DNA from: Paracoccaceae bacterium
Lineage (GTDB): Bacteria > Pseudomonadota > Alphaproteobacteria > Rhodobacterales > Rhodobacteraceae
DNA length: 64,000 nucleotides
Direction of reading: 5' to 3'
Assembly: GCA_016936395.1 (NCBI GenBank)
Contig: JAFGXY010000042.1
Location: 13,001 to 77,000, forward strand
Shown: piece by piece, positions 55,708 through 63,542 of the stretch
Numbering within the stretch: the stretch's first letter is position 1
Layout: every line of letters starts with the position of its first letter
The notes under the pieces: generated by a model
The model's input: only the letters and a program-made list of their open reading frames with translations
Databases searched by the model: none
What the model was told of the DNA's origin: nothing
Program-made: the position numbers and the translations under genes

Positions 55708-56766
55708 TCAGGCCGCGAACGTCCGCTCCATCAACGCCAGCCAGTTGCCATGCGCCAGACGCGCCAGCAACGCATCGTCATAGCCATGGGCGCGCAGTGC
55801 ATCAAGCAGGCGCGGCAGGCCGGTCACGTCGCCGATCACCTCAGGCGTGGCGGCGCCGTCGAAATCCGACCCAAACCCCACCCGGTCTTCGCCAAGCTGC
55901 GCAATCAGATGGTCAAGGTGGCGCAAAATAGGCTCCCAGCCAGTGGCCTCGATCTTCTTGCCGTCTTCGCGCAAAAAGCCCACCGCAAAGTTCAGCCCGA
56001 CCATGCCGTCACTGTCACGGATCGCGGCAAGCTGGCGGTCGGTCAGGTTGCGGGTGGACGGGCAGACCGCATGCGCATTGGAATGGGTCGCCACCAGCGG
56101 CGCCTGCGACAGCTGCGCCACATCCCAGAACCCGGCCTCGTTCAGGTGGCTGAGGTCGATCATCACGCCAAGGCTGTTGCATTCCGCCACCAGACGCTTG
56201 CCCGCATCGGTCAGCCCCGGCCCGGTATCGGGCGAGGCCGGAAAGGCAAAGGGCACGCCATGGCCAAAGATCGTCGGCCTGCTCCAGACCGGGCCAAGAC
56301 TGCGCAAGCCCATGGCATGGAAAGCGTGCAGCGCATCAAGACTTTCGTCAATCGCCTCGGCCCCTTCCATGTGCATGATGCCGCCGATCACCCCATCGGC
56401 CAGACAGGCCCGCATATCGGCCGCCGTCCGGCACAGGCGGAACTGCCCGGCCGACGCCCGTTCCATCCACAGCAGATGCGATGCGGCGGCAAAGGCCACC
56501 GGCAGGGCGGCACCTGCGTCAATCAGATCGGGCAAGGGCAGGGCATAAGGCGGATTGGCCATCTGCGCCTGGTAATCGGGCGCATCATGCGGCATGGGCG
56601 AGGGCAGATAGATCGCAAAGAACCCGCCCGCAAAGCCCGAAGCCTGCATCCGCGGCAGGTCAAGTTGCCCCTTGCCTTCATCGGTCAGCCAGATCGCATC
56701 GCGGTTTTCCGGGGCTTCCAGCAGGCGCAGCAAGATGTCGTTGTGGCCATCAATCACGGGTATCAT
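55708..56766 (-). CDS. M19 family membrane (renal-type) dipeptidase
   Basis: Trimmed to MIPVIDGHNDILLRLL (the DGHND zinc motif). It also has VATHSNAHAV and GFGSDFDG. Confidence 0.88.
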   Translation of the reverse strand: MIPVIDGHNDILLRLLEAPENRDAIWLTDEGKGQLDLPRMQASGFAGGFFAIYLPSPMPHDAPDYQAQMANPPYALPLPDLIDAGAALPVAFAAASHLLWMERASAGQFRLCRTAADMRACLADGVIGGIMHMEGAEAIDESLDALHAFHAMGLRSLGPVWSRPTIFGHGVPFAFPASPDTGPGLTDAGKRLVAECNSLGVMIDLSHLNEAGFWDVAQLSQAPLVATHSNAHAVCPSTRNLTDRQLAAIRDSDGMVGLNFAVGFLREDGKKIEATGWEPILRHLDHLIAQLGEDRVGFGSDFDGAATPEVIGDVTGLPRLLDALRAHGYDDALLARLAHGNWLALMERTFAA

Positions 56767-56780
56767 CGGTTCTTTGTCCT

Positions 56781-57542
56781 TCAAAGCGCGCCCAGCATCC
56801 GGTCCGCGCTGGCGTCAAACAGGCTGCGGGCATAGGCGGTTGTCATCTCAGCACGGGCCAGCGCGTCGCGGGTCAGTTCTTCCACCGCGCGGCCATGCTG
56901 CATCACCAGAACGCGGTCACACATATGGTCGATCACGGCAAGGTCGTGGCTGACCATCAGGAAAGTCAGGTTCCGTTCCGCGCGCAGGCGGTTGAGCAGG
57001 TTCAACACCTCGGCCTGCACCGATGCGTCCAGCGCGCTGGTCGGTTCATCCAGCAACAGGATCGGCGGCGCAAGCATCAACGCGCGGGCAATCGCCACCC
57101 GCTGCCGCTGTCCGCCAGACAACTGATGCGGATATCGAAAGCGAAAATTCGCGGGCAGACCGACATCGGACAAGGCCCGCCGCACCAGCGCGTCGGAATC
57201 GCCCATGCCATGTATCGCAAGCGGCTCGGACAGGATGCTGTCGATGGTGTGGCGCGGGTGCAGGCTGGCGTAGGGGTCTTGAAACACCATCTGGACGCGC
57301 GACGCAAAGCGTTTCCCGCGCGGGGTAGGCACCTCTTCGCCGCCGATCCGGATGCTGCCGCCCGACACCGGGGCCAGCCCGCAGATCGCCCGCAGAATGG
57401 TGGACTTGCCCGATCCGCTTTCCCCGACCAATCCATAGCTTTCGCCATGCGCCACCGAGAGGCTGACCTCTTGCACCGCGCGCACCGCGCGGCCCTTGGC
57501 GCTGTAGGTGACGGACAGGTTATCCACTTCGATCAGACTCAT
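56781..57542 (-). CDS. peptide/nickel-type ABC transporter ATP-binding protein (DppF/OppF-type)
   Basis: Track ORF trimmed to MSLIEVDNLSVTY. It has GESGSGKST, LSGGQRQRVAIARAL and LLLDEPTSALD. The track's N-terminal extension is translated MITE sequence. Confidence 0.9.
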   Translation of the reverse strand: MSLIEVDNLSVTYSAKGRAVRAVQEVSLSVAHGESYGLVGESGSGKSTILRAICGLAPVSGGSIRIGGEEVPTPRGKRFASRVQMVFQDPYASLHPRHTIDSILSEPLAIHGMGDSDALVRRALSDVGLPANFRFRYPHQLSGGQRQRVAIARALMLAPPILLLDEPTSALDASVQAEVLNLLNRLRAERNLTFLMVSHDLAVIDHMCDRVLVMQHGRAVEELTRDALARAEMTTAYARSLFDASADRMLGAL

Positions 57543-57570
57543 GCCGCGTTCCTTGTCTGTCGATACGGGG

Positions 57571-57742
57571 TTTGTGCATGGGCGCGGCCCCCCACCCCCA
57601 TCCCCTCCCCACAAGGGGGAGGGGAGGCGAGAGGTGCAGGCCGTGCCGCGCATCCTGCAACGGTTGAGGTCAATCCAACGGCAGCAAGCTCAACACCTCC
57701 CCTCCCCCTCTGTGGGGAGGGGCAGGGGGTGGGGGGCACAAA
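57571..57742. repeat. MITE/REP-like palindromic G/C-tract element inside the peptide ABC operon
   Basis: 26-nt terminal inverted repeats lie at 57588-57613 (CCCCCCACCCCCATCCCCTCCCCACA) and 57711-57736 (TGTGGGGAGGGGCAGGGGGTGGGGGG), matching at 24/26 positions. Each end also carries a local CCCCTCCCC-loop-GGGGAGGGG hairpin. The outer TTTGTGC/GCACAAA pair flanks the element. It fills the 219-bp gap between two otherwise tightly packed ATPase genes. Confidence 0.7.
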
Positions 57743-57761
57743 GCGAAGCGCACCACCCATG

Positions 57762-58592
57762 TTACACCGCCCAATCCGCGCTGCGGTCCAGTCCCGGCAG
57801 TGGCCCGCGGCTGCCGCCGATGCGCGGCAGGCAGTTCAGCAGGCCACGGGTATAGGGGTGCTGCGCCGCCATCAGGTCGCTGGCGGCAAGTTCCTCGACC
57901 ACGCGGCCTTTATACATCACCAGCACCCGGTCGCAGAACCGCGCCACAAGCCGCAAATCGTGGCTGATGAAGATCAGCCCCATGCCCCGGTCGCGCACCA
58001 AGGCATCAAGGATCGACAAAACCTCGGCCTGCACCGTCACGTCAAGCGCAGAGGTCGGCTCATCCGCGATCAGCAGGTCGGGTTCCGGGATCAGCATCAT
58101 CGCGATCATCACCCGCTGACCCATGCCGCCAGACAATTCGTGCGGATAGGCGGTCATCACCCGTTCGGGGTCGCGGATCTGCACCGCCTCCAGCGCGGCG
58201 AGGGCCCGCTTTACCGCATCGGCCTTACCGAGACGATCACGCTGCCGCAGGCCTTCGGTCAACTGCTGGCCCACGGTCATTACCGGGTTCAGGCTGTATT
58301 TCGGGTCTTGCATCACCATCGCAATGCGCTGGCCGCGCAGGGCGCGCATCTGGCCTTCGGACGCGGCCATCAGATCGATGCCATCAAAGCGCATCTCATC
58401 CGCCTCTATCCGCCCCGGCGGCCGGATCAGGCGCAAGACGGCGCGGCCGGTCATGGTCTTGCCCGACCCGCTTTCGCCGACAATCCCCAGCCGTTCGCGG
58501 CCAAGGCTGAACGACACGCCGCGCACCGCCTGCACTGGGCCGGTTTCGGTCTCGAACGTCACCCGCAGGTTCTTTACAGACAACAGACTCAT
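57762..58592 (-). CDS. peptide/nickel-type ABC transporter ATP-binding protein (DppD/OppD-type)
   Basis: 276 aa with GESGSGKTM, LSGGMGQRVMIAMML and LIADEPTSALD. Confidence 0.9.
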   Translation of the reverse strand: MSLLSVKNLRVTFETETGPVQAVRGVSFSLGRERLGIVGESGSGKTMTGRAVLRLIRPPGRIEADEMRFDGIDLMAASEGQMRALRGQRIAMVMQDPKYSLNPVMTVGQQLTEGLRQRDRLGKADAVKRALAALEAVQIRDPERVMTAYPHELSGGMGQRVMIAMMLIPEPDLLIADEPTSALDVTVQAEVLSILDALVRDRGMGLIFISHDLRLVARFCDRVLVMYKGRVVEELAASDLMAAQHPYTRGLLNCLPRIGGSRGPLPGLDRSADWAV

Positions 58593-59494
58593 TTCGGCGC
58601 ACTCTTGGGGTCAAGCACATCGCGCAAGCCGTCGCCCAGCAGGTTGAACCCCAGCGACACGATGAAGATGGCAAGGCCGGGCATGGTGGACACCCACCAT
58701 TGTTCGAACAGGTATTTGCGCCCGGATGAAATCATCAGCCCCCATTCCGGCATCGGCGGTTGCACGCCAAGGCCAAGGAATCCAAGGCCAGCCGCGATCA
58801 GGATCACACCCGCCATATCCAGCGTCACCCGGATGATGACCGATGGCAGGCACATCGGCACCACATGGCCCGCGATGATGCGCGCAACACCCGCCCCTTG
58901 CAGGCGGACAGCGGCGATGTAGTCGGAATTGCGCACCGTCAGCGTCTCGGCGCGGGCGACGCGGGCATAGGGCGGCCATGCGGTCAGCGCAATCGCCAGC
59001 ACCGCGTTTTCAATGCCGGGGCCAAGCACGGCCACCAGCGCCAGCGCAAGGATCAGACGCGGAAAGGCCAGAAAGATATCGGTGATCCGCATCAGCACGG
59101 AATCGACCCAGCCACCGAAATAGCCCGCCACCGTGCCCATCAGCAGGCCCAGAACCGGGGCGGTCAGCGCCACCAGCGACACGATATAAAGCGTGATGCG
59201 CGCGCCATAGAGGATACGGCTGAGGATATCGCGGCCAAAGTCATCGGTGCCCAGCCAGTTACCCGGAGTGCCGGGGGGCAACAGGCGGCGGGACAGGTCT
59301 TGTGTTACCGGGTCATGCGGCGCGATCCATGGCGCCAGCGCCGCAATCAAAAGCAGCGCCCCCACAATCAGCAGCCCCGACATCGCCAAGGGATTGCGCC
59401 GCAGACGCAGCCAGCCCAGCCACCATTGCCCCAGCCGGGCCTGCCTGCGCGACCCGGGGTTCGGGTCGGCCAACCATGCGCGCAAGGCCCCCAT
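58589..59494 (-). CDS. peptide ABC transporter permease (DppC-type)
   Basis: C-terminal 301 aa of track ORF 58589..60328, starting MGALRAWLADPNPGS. It has the LGTDDFGRDILSRILYGARI motif. The upstream part of that ORF is an out-of-frame shadow over the DppB gene. Confidence 0.88.
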   Translation of the reverse strand: MGALRAWLADPNPGSRRQARLGQWWLGWLRLRRNPLAMSGLLIVGALLLIAALAPWIAPHDPVTQDLSRRLLPPGTPGNWLGTDDFGRDILSRILYGARITLYIVSLVALTAPVLGLLMGTVAGYFGGWVDSVLMRITDIFLAFPRLILALALVAVLGPGIENAVLAIALTAWPPYARVARAETLTVRNSDYIAAVRLQGAGVARIIAGHVVPMCLPSVIIRVTLDMAGVILIAAGLGFLGLGVQPPMPEWGLMISSGRKYLFEQWWVSTMPGLAIFIVSLGFNLLGDGLRDVLDPKSAPK

Positions 59495-60555
59495 CAGCGC
59501 GCCCTCGGATCGACAAGGCGATAGAGGATGTCGGATGCCATGTTCAGCGCGACAAACACCGCCCCCACCACGACCGTGCCGCCCAGAACGGCCGGCATGT
59601 CGGCGGCAAAGAGCGCATTTGTGATGTAGCTGCCCAGGCCCGGCCACGCGAAAATGGTTTCGGTCAGAACCGACCCTTCCAGCAGATAGGCATAGGACAG
59701 GGCGATGACGGTGATCAGCGGCACCAGCACGTTGCGCATGGCATGGACCCAGATCACCCGCCATTCCGGCATGCCCTTGACCCGCGCCGTGGTGATGTAT
59801 TCCTGCCCAAGCTCGTTCATCATGAAGCTGCGGGTCATCCGGCTGATATAGGCCATCGAGACATAACCCAAAAGGCCCGCAGGCAGGATGATATGGCTGA
59901 ATGCATTGGCAAACATCGGCCAGTTGCCGTTCAATGCCGTATCGATCAGGATCATCCCGGTATATTGCGTGATGGTGAATTCCATCATCATCTCGTAGCT
60001 CGCGTCCAGCCGCCCCGGTCCACCGACCCAGCCAAGCTGGCCATAGAACACCAGCAGCCCGACAAGACCCAACCAGAACACCGGCATCGAATAGCCCATC
60101 AGGCCAACGATCCGCACGATCTGATCGGCCAGCGTGCCCGGCCGTGTCGCCGCCAGCACCCCCGCAGGGACCCCGACCAGAACCCCGATGATGGTGGCCA
60201 GCGTGGCAAGCTCCAGCGTGGCGGGGAAGTAGCGCGATATCTCGGTCAGCACCGGTTCGCGGGTGCGGATCGAGGTGCCAAGATCGCCTTGCACCGCATC
60301 GCCCACATAGATCGCAAACTGCTTCCACAGGGGTTCATCCAGACCCAAGGCAAGGCGCACGGCATCATATTGCTCTTGCGTGGCGCGTTCGCCTACGATC
60401 GACAGCACCGGATCAATCGGGACCACCCGCCCGATCAGAAAAGTCATGGCCAGAAGGCCAAGCAAGGTGATGGCCAGCGTGAACATCTCGGTGCCAAGAC
60501 GCCTGGCAACGGTGAACAGGCGCGACGGCGCGGTGTCGGGGGGATGATCGGTCAT
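59494..60555 (-). CDS. peptide ABC transporter permease (DppB-type)
   Basis: Trimmed to MTDHPPDTAPSRLF... It has the LGLDEPLWKQF and ITTARVKGMPEWRVIWVHAMRN (EAA-loop region) segments. Confidence 0.88.
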   Translation of the reverse strand: MTDHPPDTAPSRLFTVARRLGTEMFTLAITLLGLLAMTFLIGRVVPIDPVLSIVGERATQEQYDAVRLALGLDEPLWKQFAIYVGDAVQGDLGTSIRTREPVLTEISRYFPATLELATLATIIGVLVGVPAGVLAATRPGTLADQIVRIVGLMGYSMPVFWLGLVGLLVFYGQLGWVGGPGRLDASYEMMMEFTITQYTGMILIDTALNGNWPMFANAFSHIILPAGLLGYVSMAYISRMTRSFMMNELGQEYITTARVKGMPEWRVIWVHAMRNVLVPLITVIALSYAYLLEGSVLTETIFAWPGLGSYITNALFAADMPAVLGGTVVVGAVFVALNMASDILYRLVDPRAR

Positions 60556-60600
60556 GCAAATGACGGGCCGCCGCACGCATCCACGCGGCGGCCCTGTGCC

Positions 60601-62199
60601 TTACTTCGTCACGGTCCAGTAGCTGGCCGAATCCGTCGCACCACCGGCATGAAAGCCGGTCACATTGGCGCGCAGCGCATCCTGCCGGGCCTGCTGGAAC
60701 ATCAGCACGAAGGCCGAAGTGTCGCGGTGGGTGCGCTGGATTTCCTCATACATTGCCTTGCGCTTTTCAGCGTCCGGCTCTGCCACGGCGGCTTCGGTCA
60801 TCGCATGCAGCGGGCCGGGTTCCCACGCGGTGCGCCATGCCAGAAAACCGGTCGATTTCGGCTCATCGGCGTTGTTGGGGTTCATCGCAAAGGTTGACGC
60901 GTTGGTGTGCGGATCAGGGTAATCGGGGCCCCATGTCTGCAAGGTGATGTCATGCTGACGGGCACGATACTTTTCCAGCACCTGCTTGCCGTCACCCACA
61001 TCCAGCGTGACGTTGATGCCGACTTGGCCAAAGGTGTTCTGGATCGACTGGGCAATATCCATGCGTTCTTGATTGTTGCGCACGGTGATCGACACCTCAA
61101 GCGGCAAGGTCACACCCGACTCGGCCAAGGCGGCCTTGGCCTTTTCCAGATCAAGGCCGTAGGGGGTTTCTTCCAGCGCGCCAAGGAAGCCGCGCGGCAG
61201 GAAGGCCTGATGCACGACCCACTGACCCTTCAGCAGGGTGTCGGTCATGCCCTTGTAGTCGATGGCCCAACGCATCGCCTCCAGCACCTTGGGGTTGGCG
61301 AGTTCGGGCTTTTTCTGGTTCATCGCCAGATAGTAGATCTGGCCGCCCACGTCGTTCTGCACCTTGATGTCGGCATTGCCTTCGACCCCGGCGATGTCGG
61401 TCGGCGTCATTTCGCGGGCGATGTCGATATCGCCCTTTTCCAACAGCAGGCGCTGGGTGGCGCCTTCGGGCACATGCCGCATCAGGACGTTCTTGATCGG
61501 GGCATCGCCGCGCCAATGGCCGGCGCGAGCCTCGATGATATAGCCCTCATTCGGCTTGAACGACCGCAGCACATAGGCGCCGGTCCCGGCCGAGTTCGAC
61601 TTGAGCCATTCGTTGCCCATGTCGCCGTTGACCTCATTCGCCATGACGGTCTTCATGTCGACGATATTGGCCACACCTGCCGTCAGGCAGTTGTAGACAA
61701 AGGTCGGCGCGTAGGGCTTGTCGGTCTTCATCGTGACGGTGTCGCCGTCAAAAGTAATCATCTGATCGACGTTTTCCGGCGTCAGGCCGAATTGCGTCAG
61801 GATGAACGCCGGGGTCTTGTTCAGTTTCACCACACGGCGCAGTGACAGGGCAGCATCTTCTGCCGTGACCGGGTTGCCGCTGCTGAAGGTGATGCCCGGT
61901 TTCATCTTGAACGTGTAGGTCACGCCATCTTCGGCCACCGACCAGCTTTCCGCCAGACCGGGCACCAGCTCGCCCGGCTTGGTCGGATCAAGTTCCACCA
62001 ACGAGTCATAGAGGTTGTTGTTCAGGTCAACGCCCGAAAACTCAAAGGCCTCATGCGGGTCGATCGACACGATGTCATCAATCGCGTCGGCCACCACCAA
62101 GGTATCGGCCGGCGTGGCGGCATAAAGTGCGGCAGGTGCGGTGCCAGCCATCAGCGCGGCCAGCACCACGGCGCGGGTTGCCCCATGCTTTGTGATCAT
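60601..62199 (-). CDS. ABC transporter substrate-binding protein, family 5 (DppA/OppA-like)
   Basis: Trimmed to MITKHGATRAVVLAALMAGTAPAALYA (signal peptide). A GGGAGA RBS lies 6 nt upstream. 532 aa. Confidence 0.88.
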   Translation of the reverse strand: MITKHGATRAVVLAALMAGTAPAALYAATPADTLVVADAIDDIVSIDPHEAFEFSGVDLNNNLYDSLVELDPTKPGELVPGLAESWSVAEDGVTYTFKMKPGITFSSGNPVTAEDAALSLRRVVKLNKTPAFILTQFGLTPENVDQMITFDGDTVTMKTDKPYAPTFVYNCLTAGVANIVDMKTVMANEVNGDMGNEWLKSNSAGTGAYVLRSFKPNEGYIIEARAGHWRGDAPIKNVLMRHVPEGATQRLLLEKGDIDIAREMTPTDIAGVEGNADIKVQNDVGGQIYYLAMNQKKPELANPKVLEAMRWAIDYKGMTDTLLKGQWVVHQAFLPRGFLGALEETPYGLDLEKAKAALAESGVTLPLEVSITVRNNQERMDIAQSIQNTFGQVGINVTLDVGDGKQVLEKYRARQHDITLQTWGPDYPDPHTNASTFAMNPNNADEPKSTGFLAWRTAWEPGPLHAMTEAAVAEPDAEKRKAMYEEIQRTHRDTSAFVLMFQQARQDALRANVTGFHAGGATDSASYWTVTK

Positions 62200-62888
62200 T
62201 TCAAGTCTCCCTGTGGTTTTCATTGTTCGACGACTCGGCTCATTCGCGGCCAAAATCTTTGACCGATTGGGCAATTTTCGCGCATCGCTGTCAATCGTGA
62301 TGTCATGTTGCTGTCGCAAAGCCCGGGCGGCACGACATCGGCGGTTAATGTTTCACCGCAAACCTGGCGTCGGGGCCCGTTACGCTTCGGTCAAGGCACA
62401 GCAAGACAGACGCAGGACGCCCCGGGGGCACAGGCCACAGCAAGAGATCGCTCACCCGCTGCCGTTAACACATCGGCAACGGATCGCAGGCAAAAATCGC
62501 GGCCATAGCTTAAAAGGTAGCCCTCATGCCCCGCACTCCAACCCGCGATACCTTAGGCATTCCTTCCGATCTGACGGGCAATGACGGCAAGATCATTTCC
62601 GACTCGCAGATGCATGACGGGTGTCAGCTTGTATCGGGCTGGTGGGTATTGCCTTCTGTCATCGGCGGGGCGGCCTTTTGGGTGTGGGCGATCAGGGCTG
62701 TTTTTTTCTGACAGGTCAGGTCGTTGCCATGGCTTCATCCCTATGACGCCGTCTTTCATCGCCCCGGCCCAATCCGCCTGCCTGAGCATTCCATGGGCAA
62801 ATTTATCGGCAAAATGCGGGACGCACGGACCGGTGCGCTGAATTTCAAATCTCGGCCCTTGACCTTTCCGGAGGCTTCTCTATCTGCT

Positions 62889-62904
62889 GAATGAATATTC
62901 ATTC
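62889..62904. promoter_or_regulatory. perfect 16-bp palindrome, candidate TetR operator
   Basis: GAATGAATATTCATTC lies 17 nt upstream of the TetR ATG. It sits just downstream of a possible TTGACC (62859)-N16-TATCTG (62881) promoter and is AT-rich in GC-rich surroundings. Confidence 0.6.
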
Positions 62905-62921
62905 TTCACCTCGGGAGAGCC

Positions 62922-63539
62922 ATGAACACCGCCCAAACCGTTCCGCTGGCAGATCAACGGACAGCCGAAATACTGGACAGCGCCCGCCGTGCCTTTGCGG
63001 AAAAGGGCTTTGATGGCGCGTCGATGCAAGACATCGCCCGCAAGGCCGGAATGAGCGTGGGGAATTTTTACCGCTATTTTCCATCAAAAGCCGCGATTGT
63101 TGAATCGTTGATCGAATTGGACATGGCCGAGATGGAGCAGGACTTTGCGGCCATTCTGGAACATCCAGACCCGCTTGCCGCCCTGCGCGAAACCGTGGCG
63201 CATCGGATCACCGAAGCCAAGTGTGAGGGCGACGGCCAGTTGTGGGCCGAAATCACCGCCGCCGCCTTGCGCAAACCCGAAATCGGGGCCGCAGCCTGCC
63301 GGATGGAAGCCGGAATTGCCGGCCATCTGACCACCGTTTTCGCCCGGGCGACGGGTGCAAGCATGGCCGAGGCCGAGCGTCGCTGGTCGGCCCATGCGCA
63401 TCTTCTGGTGATGATGGTCAAGGCCTGTGCCATGCAGCGCCCCGACAGTCCGGTTACCGATGATCTGACACAGCTTGTGCTGCGCAACATCGACAGAACC
63501 CTTGATGAAATTTCCACGTCTGCTGCCGTGAAAGGCTGA
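62922..63539 (+). CDS. TetR/AcrR family transcriptional regulator
   Basis: 205 aa with the HTH FAEKGFDGASMQDIARKAGMSVGNFYRYFPSK. A GGGAGA RBS lies upstream. Confidence 0.9.
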   Translation: MNTAQTVPLADQRTAEILDSARRAFAEKGFDGASMQDIARKAGMSVGNFYRYFPSKAAIVESLIELDMAEMEQDFAAILEHPDPLAALRETVAHRITEAKCEGDGQLWAEITAAALRKPEIGAAACRMEAGIAGHLTTVFARATGASMAEAERRWSAHAHLLVMMVKACAMQRPDSPVTDDLTQLVLRNIDRTLDEISTSAAVKG

Positions 63540-63542
63540 TCC

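Noticed and set aside
56781-57653. N-terminal 37-codon extension of the DppF-type ATPase (MRGTACTSRLPSPLWGGDGGGG...) and the ORFs 57508-57855(+) and 57539-57760(-)
   Set aside because: These are translations of the G/C-tract repeat element. The ATPase aligns to its family from MSLIEVDNLSV at 57542.
58589-60328. 579-aa track ORF suggesting a fused permease
   Set aside because: Only the last 301 codons (from ATG 59494) read as a DppC-type permease. The upstream 278 codons are an out-of-frame shadow over the DppB-type gene (59494-60555), which has its own coherent membrane-protein translation.
62141-62584. 147-aa + strand ORF and 62305-62508(+) upstream of the peptide-binding-protein gene
   Set aside because: The first begins antisense to the binding-protein signal peptide and continues as a basic low-complexity string. 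The region is more plausibly the promoter and 5' leader of the reverse-strand operon.
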